A stretch of 59,420 nt of DNA from an archaeon (GTDB lineage: Archaea > Nanobdellota > Nanobdellia > Woesearchaeales > UBA9642), in NCBI GenBank assembly GCA_043806035.1, contig JAZDHK010000020.1, positions 1 through 59,420 on the forward strand. The letters run 5' to 3'. Position 1 is the first letter of the stretch. Every line of letters starts with the position of its first letter. Of this stretch, positions 56,601 through 59,420 are shown in pieces. Made by a program: the position numbers and the translations under genes. Under the pieces are notes generated by a model. The model did not search any database and was not told the DNA's origin. It saw only the letters and a program-made list of their open reading frames with translations.

Positions 56601-59420
56601 GAACCGCTAGCGAGCAGCATGCGGAAGGAGATGCTCACGTTCGTCCATGTCGAAGGATTGCTCGTCACCCATATGCGATCGTAGCCAGCGACGGTATCTT
56701 GTGCGCGCAGGACGTTGGATTCGTTGCTGTACACTTCCCAGGTTCCGCTTCCGACAGTCCATGCTGAAGGTAATGCGCCAGGCGTGTCCTGTTCAAAATC
56801 ATCATAGAATAAGTAGACCTTGGCTGTGTCTGTCTGGGGGGCAGGTGCAGAGGGATTACCATAATAGAAATAGTAATTGCCGTCGCTGTCATTGATGCTC
56901 GTGTTCGTCGAGAAAGAAATGATGGCGCTGGAACTGCTCAGGGATGTTTCATTGTGCCAATCACGTGAGATGAATGAGCCATTATTGTAGATGATGCGCA
57001 GATCGCTGCCATCCGAGAGCATCTTTCCTGAGGAGATAAGCTGTGCGCCGTTGATGGTGATGCTTACCGTGTAGCCGTCGGGCAATGCTACCGTATCTGT
57101 ATTGGTTATGGTGATTTTCTTGCGATAGCTCCAGTTACCATCCCACCAATCATCGACGACGTCACGGGAGCGAACGTGCATGCAGACATACTGATTAACT
57201 TCAAAGAGCGTGTCGTTGATTTCGGGTTCGCTTAGCGAGGGTGGTGTGACATCAACACCCACGCTTTGCTGTTGGGTCGTGTTCGTCTGGTTGTTGCTGC
57301 TGTTATCCGTGCAAGTAATGCTCCAATTCCAAACGCCCGTGTCCAATGCGTAGGTGAAGTTCAAGAGAGCGTCTTCAATAGGGTGGAGTGTCGTGTTGAC
57401 GATAACATCGTCAATGAGTAGACTGCAGTTCTCAACACCGCTGCCAACATCAGTGACGTTGTAGAGGAATGTGACGACAGTGGTGTTGATCCATGCCTGA
57501 TCTGCGGGATCGATGAGCGTTATGGTCGGTACGTCCGTGTCGTTGCAGACGCACGCACTGTCTTGGCATGTTCCCGTCAGTGTCCCGCAGTCAAGGTCGC
57601 ATTCTGTGTCAGCACAATAGGCGGGGGCGCTACCGTTCCAGATATCGCCGAGGGAGAGTGTGTCCACGAGTATGGTGGTTATGCCTTCGCTGCAATCGTC
57701 TGAACGGTCTGTCGGTGTAAGGCCCGTGTCATAATAGAGCGTTCCTTCATCTGCACAACTGTCCATGCAGCTGGCATTCGGTTCGGGACTGTACTGCCCA
57801 GAGTGGTTGCCTGTGGCGTTGCAGAAATCACAATAGTCTGCAAACAACATGCCTGATGAGGTCATGTTTGCGCCAATGCCATCCTCACAGATAGGGCTGA
57901 AGTAGCACACGTCCTGCGTTGCTGGACTCGCGCGTATTGTCCACGCGCATGTTCCTCCATCGCTGTCGTTGATGCAATAGATTGGTGATTCTTCTGTATT
58001 CTGGCTGAACGTGCACGCGTCGTTGCATGCCTTGTCATAATAGCATGTGCCTTCCGAGAGGTTTGCCATAAGATTTGTTGTACTATCGCATGCTGCACTG
58101 CAGCCGATATCGCACTGAGAAAATATCGATCCGCAACTCCCTTCCCCTGCATAGATGTGCCCGGTGCAGTTCGTCCATGGTCCCGTGCAGCCGCCGCTGG
58201 TGCCGTTGACGCAGGTTTGTGCTGATGCAAAGTATGCGCAGTACTCTCCAGGATGAGTAGTCGCATTTTGTATTGCAGGATCATTGAGGTCAGGACAGTC
58301 GGTGAGGTTCACCCAGGTGTTGTCTGGAGCGCAAACTTTGTAGTCGTTACTGTCCGCTGCCCCGCAGAGCTTGTAGGTTGCGTCGAAGGTGTTGCCGCTG
58401 TTGTTGAAGACGCACTGCGTGTCCGTCTGCGTACAATACCAGCCGTGGAATGAGAATGAAGAATCGTTGACGCAAAGAGCAGTGCTGCCCGCCCCTGTCC
58501 TGCATACTTCGTTGTCGTTGCTGCCGCCATAGGCGAGTCCTGAGCAGGTGTAGCCGGGAATGACATCATCAGAGCATGCTTGGAGAATGTTGCAGTATTG
58601 CGCTGCAGGACAATCAAGATGCGTATCGCAGAGCAGAGTTACGTTCATGGTTGTTGGTTGCATGTTCTGCACACCGCTCGTGTCGTTGCAAGCCATGAAG
58701 AGCAATTGGTTGCCCATGGACAAGTTCGTTGAATACGTGCACATTTTTGCCACAGCTTGCTGGTAGGATCCACAATTCACCCGATTATTGATGACCATTT
58801 GCGTGTAGTTTTCGCTCACGTTGCTCAGATAGCATGTTGCGTTCTCGTTCAGCGTGACGTTGATGTCTGGCGTCTCGTCAGCCGTAGTGTATTCGGAAGT
58901 GGTGTCTCCTCCGACGCTGTTGATGGTGATGATAGGGGGGGTGTTGGTTATGGTGAGCGTGCTTGTGGCACTGGTTGCATTGTTTGCGTTCGTTGCTGTG
59001 CAGAGTGTCCTGAACCCTGCCGTTCCTGATGGATGAACAGTTACGTTGAAGGTGTACGTTGCTGACGTCGCGCTTTTGTCCAGGAATCCTACTGCGTAGC
59101 TGGAGACATTCGTTACAGCAGTCAAGCCTGTTGTTTGCGTCACTTGCCAGCTGCCTGAGCTGTTGTCCTGTATGTAGATGAACGCATCGCCGACAGGAAT
59201 TTTTGAACTGGAGACAGTGCAGTTTCCGGAAAGGATAGTGAATGAGCTTTGATTAATGGCCGTTGGCGAGAGAACACTAGCTGCTGTCATTGATGACTGG
59301 TCCGCGTATGACCACGAGGAGAGGTTGGCGAGGAAGATGTCGACATTTTCGCTTGAGAGTAAAACCTCACTGTCCGTGTACCTGTCTTCCTGGATGTACG
59401 GCAAGACCGTGCCTGCAAGG
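50654..59420 (-). CDS. Giant surface protein (>2900 aa, 5' end beyond window) with three DUF2341-like modules, PKD/CARDB/Ig-like repeats and C-terminal family B-like domain
   Basis: Frame open to the window edge; WWDGNWSYRKKI, WWNASYPYRQTI, WWNLSWARRKPI; Cys-rich region; ENNESNN; C-terminal WHIYYG..YSFEI..DIYYEIV. Confidence 0.85.
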   Translation of the reverse strand, partial: LAGTVLPYIQEDRYTDSEVLLSSENVDIFLANLSSWSYADQSSMTAASVLSPTAINQSSFTILSGNCTVSSSKIPVGDAFIYIQDNSSGSWQVTQTTGLTAVTNVSSYAVGFLDKSATSATYTFNVTVHPSGTAGFRTLCTATNANNATSATSTLTITNTPPIITINSVGGDTTSEYTTADETPDINVTLNENATCYLSNVSENYTQMVINNRVNCGSYQQAVAKMCTYSTNLSMGNQLLFMACNDTSGVQNMQPTTMNVTLLCDTHLDCPAAQYCNILQACSDDVIPGYTCSGLAYGGSNDNEVCRTGAGSTALCVNDSSFSFHGWYCTQTDTQCVFNNSGNTFDATYKLCGAADSNDYKVCAPDNTWVNLTDCPDLNDPAIQNATTHPGEYCAYFASAQTCVNGTSGGCTGPWTNCTGHIYAGEGSCGSIFSQCDIGCSAACDSTTNLMANLSEGTCYYDKACNDACTFSQNTEESPIYCINDSDGGTCAWTIRASPATQDVCYFSPICEDGIGANMTSSGMLFADYCDFCNATGNHSGQYSPEPNASCMDSCADEGTLYYDTGLTPTDRSDDCSEGITTILVDTLSLGDIWNGSAPAYCADTECDLDCGTLTGTCQDSACVCNDTDVPTITLIDPADQAWINTTVVTFLYNVTDVGSGVENCSLLIDDVIVNTTLHPIEDALLNFTYALDTGVWNWSITCTDNSSNNQTNTTQQQSVGVDVTPPSLSEPEINDTLFEVNQYVCMHVRSRDVVDDWWDGNWSYRKKITITNTDTVALPDGYTVSITINGAQLISSGKMLSDGSDLRIIYNNGSFISRDWHNETSLSSSSAIISFSTNTSINDSDGNYYFYYGNPSAPAPQTDTAKVYLFYDDFEQDTPGALPSAWTVGSGTWEVYSNESNVLRAQDTVAGYDRIWVTSNPSTWTNVSISFRMLLASGSGIPFGGTLFRRQGTSQDQHLALIGDLRTGTNTVGYRRWDGGYAQIDSDNTAFNTDTWYDFEIRALGDTINMSRDGIRYISNTGPAYWQSGGGLGLLSYSNPLLFDNVIVKKLAGSEPTIFVGAEQNVGLTDESSSSGISSILATIKRPGQQAINITFLDNETTGCDTTNGDGIFSTNYLLIFSGTYNWTKAIAIDNAGNINILAVGLTFTVSAGGELNTTMIAPVDTITINETTGTYVQTCMVTCLSTGGECKNTTLFAQYDTGTFTDITPSTTDLVSNISSYACGNLTSQASTWWNASYPYRQTINITNNEGQDLPAGYTLNISVDTESLVSQDKLQADCDDLRVVYWNGGSNIELDRINVSACNTSTTSIAFKLQDDIPESSTAYALYYGNVSSGTPPQNLSAIYYLFEDFEDQAHDFSQGSLNPTVNGASAHGGSYGLDGYGGASYYRAVTSTTLDSGFLIEGWVMPRTSSTTSLAALTFGANSGCANPERCGYQVLVDQRSSTGGSSPMQIRKDYDSGSPLATSTENSVAANNWYYLKVWWHSNGTITLQVFDASLASWGNLSATDTTYTTGGYGVAAYQYAYWDDIKVSLLSQNPPTVSIEAEQNQSVQQEDNSTCTANFSITAGEGNHTWPVRCKARGSNSATVFSSSQNVSVNDAPYAIITLPENTSWLFSNTTLNASASADSDGSLIAYAWELDNTTAFSSPTTICSSDTCTWNTTLQDQCQNNSLSCYMRLTVTDDLGLSDSTWVLVGIDNAGPTVMLDLPLSFTNSSANDLQVNASASDAGIGLIDMIWFEYRQNDSSSWTSICTDDTPLYDCSWNVSALPDADTYEVRVFANDTLNNTGTADVHTNITLDRTPPQIQLMLPSDSLFTVNPNMTFVYNVTDALSSIQNCSLLINGSVNQTNSSIIPLQPNNFTVDEMADGNYSWTVHCADVLGNENSSATRTFVIDSTGPNATLLLPLAFANITGSETMLNASATDEGIGSIDMYSYEYRENASAAWINACNATQNCSWPIIGLPDGNAYEVRVQANDTLGNLGGYDSHENITIDNNPPNITLLSPAPSTTFGSGDVLFQYVVQDASLLQNCSLIINYALNQTNTSVVRDTTMSFALLGLSNGLYNWSVNCTDVLSFEGQSNQRNFTIDIKNITNISVKTDKPTYEVGDQLAEPILVTSNTTSFYGNPLDTNVTTDIIKGNASGFWWNLSWARRKPILLTNSQSANKTDTTVYMNITELAGNISSCDELRIVSIDLDEVPFVIEDGDGSTWCSIRFTANVTASASNEHNYYVYYDNSAAGSPSYTLPIQGYQLVWEDFEAGSDFLYTAGACPVDGTRECGDSSPWGDFTDCVESEASTAYGICSTNDIAKSGVRGFEARGGLDRNTDNADGLYYDANATACGGQACQDINISYWQAGFSLDTTTPAEGSAVFVNDSDSGLVLISDCMDLEGCEAGVRTAMSASAEFVESNVCEISGINCDSALTFRFTSANVRAHANNDYFAWDAINITGYKRYDPDITSTTASVEEFINRSSTQETGSDGLLDWNWTPTLLSSGLFSAVSLATRPSHYPVQGASTFTLIADQTPPNVTLNDPSSGSESNSSVTFSYKVNDSLSDIANCSLVVDGNIEANSYPPIIEGQVSNFYPRIPIGGTHNWSVNCTDTFGNVGASETWNITIIPPDFVITPGNITFSNTSPAEGQNITIFANIFNRGGSDAENVSVHVYQGDPAAGGVLIDNITDLNITDVSGNLSNVTAVTVWQVPGPGPFFIHVHVDPPVDQNGSFLENNESNNAAFARIDIDAWHIYYGGLNTSIVVKGAESMLLWNASDKPSNIYVTESDANITWTSLRALSRTTSDAYVADDFEEADAALNMTGFLDSINTSFTQNGLPHAIMNITSFDTTIFSIPVRNSTNSSDFETGILWDEGDGNTQYNGSQDLIFVTTAEGVKPGKYGNYSFEISIPVLLRSYKNITKTTVDIYYEIV

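Noticed and set aside
8647-59036. Many plus-strand and alternate-frame ORFs within long genes
   Set aside because: Shadow ORFs of coherent minus-strand genes, with no recognisable motifs

Overview
This is most likely an archaeal genome segment of DPANN (Woesearchaeota-like) type, inferred from BRE/TATA promoters, leaderless genes, an HTH-CBS regulator and very sequon-rich secreted proteins. All protein calls come from motif recognition, with no database searches. Left end (1-4846): an AT-rich, hairpin-rich, integron-like locus with a PadR + class II UvrA/DrrC unit, a small membrane-protein cassette bounded by GTTAGGCAC/GTGCCTAAC, and a divergent short IntI-like tyrosine recombinase. Most of the rest is a minus-strand cell-surface gene cluster. 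It encodes two paralogous families of small secreted proteins (family A, 3 copies; family B, 5 copies). It also encodes two ~2900-aa giant proteins and a 610-aa protein, each ending in a family A or B domain, plus a DUF916-like membrane protein and other surface proteins. Five of these operons start with a different small DNA-binding protein, and three subunit promoters share a TATACA-N4-TGTATA motif next to a near-identical BRE-TATA. I interpret this as a candidate undescribed filament or lattice system with giant adhesins. Interspersed genes include an RsmC-like MTase, ferredoxin, SOD, bacterial-type MetK, an aldo/keto reductase, an ATP-cone nuclease and a glycosyltransferase/thioredoxin-fold operon. 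No rRNA, tRNA or CRISPR array was seen.
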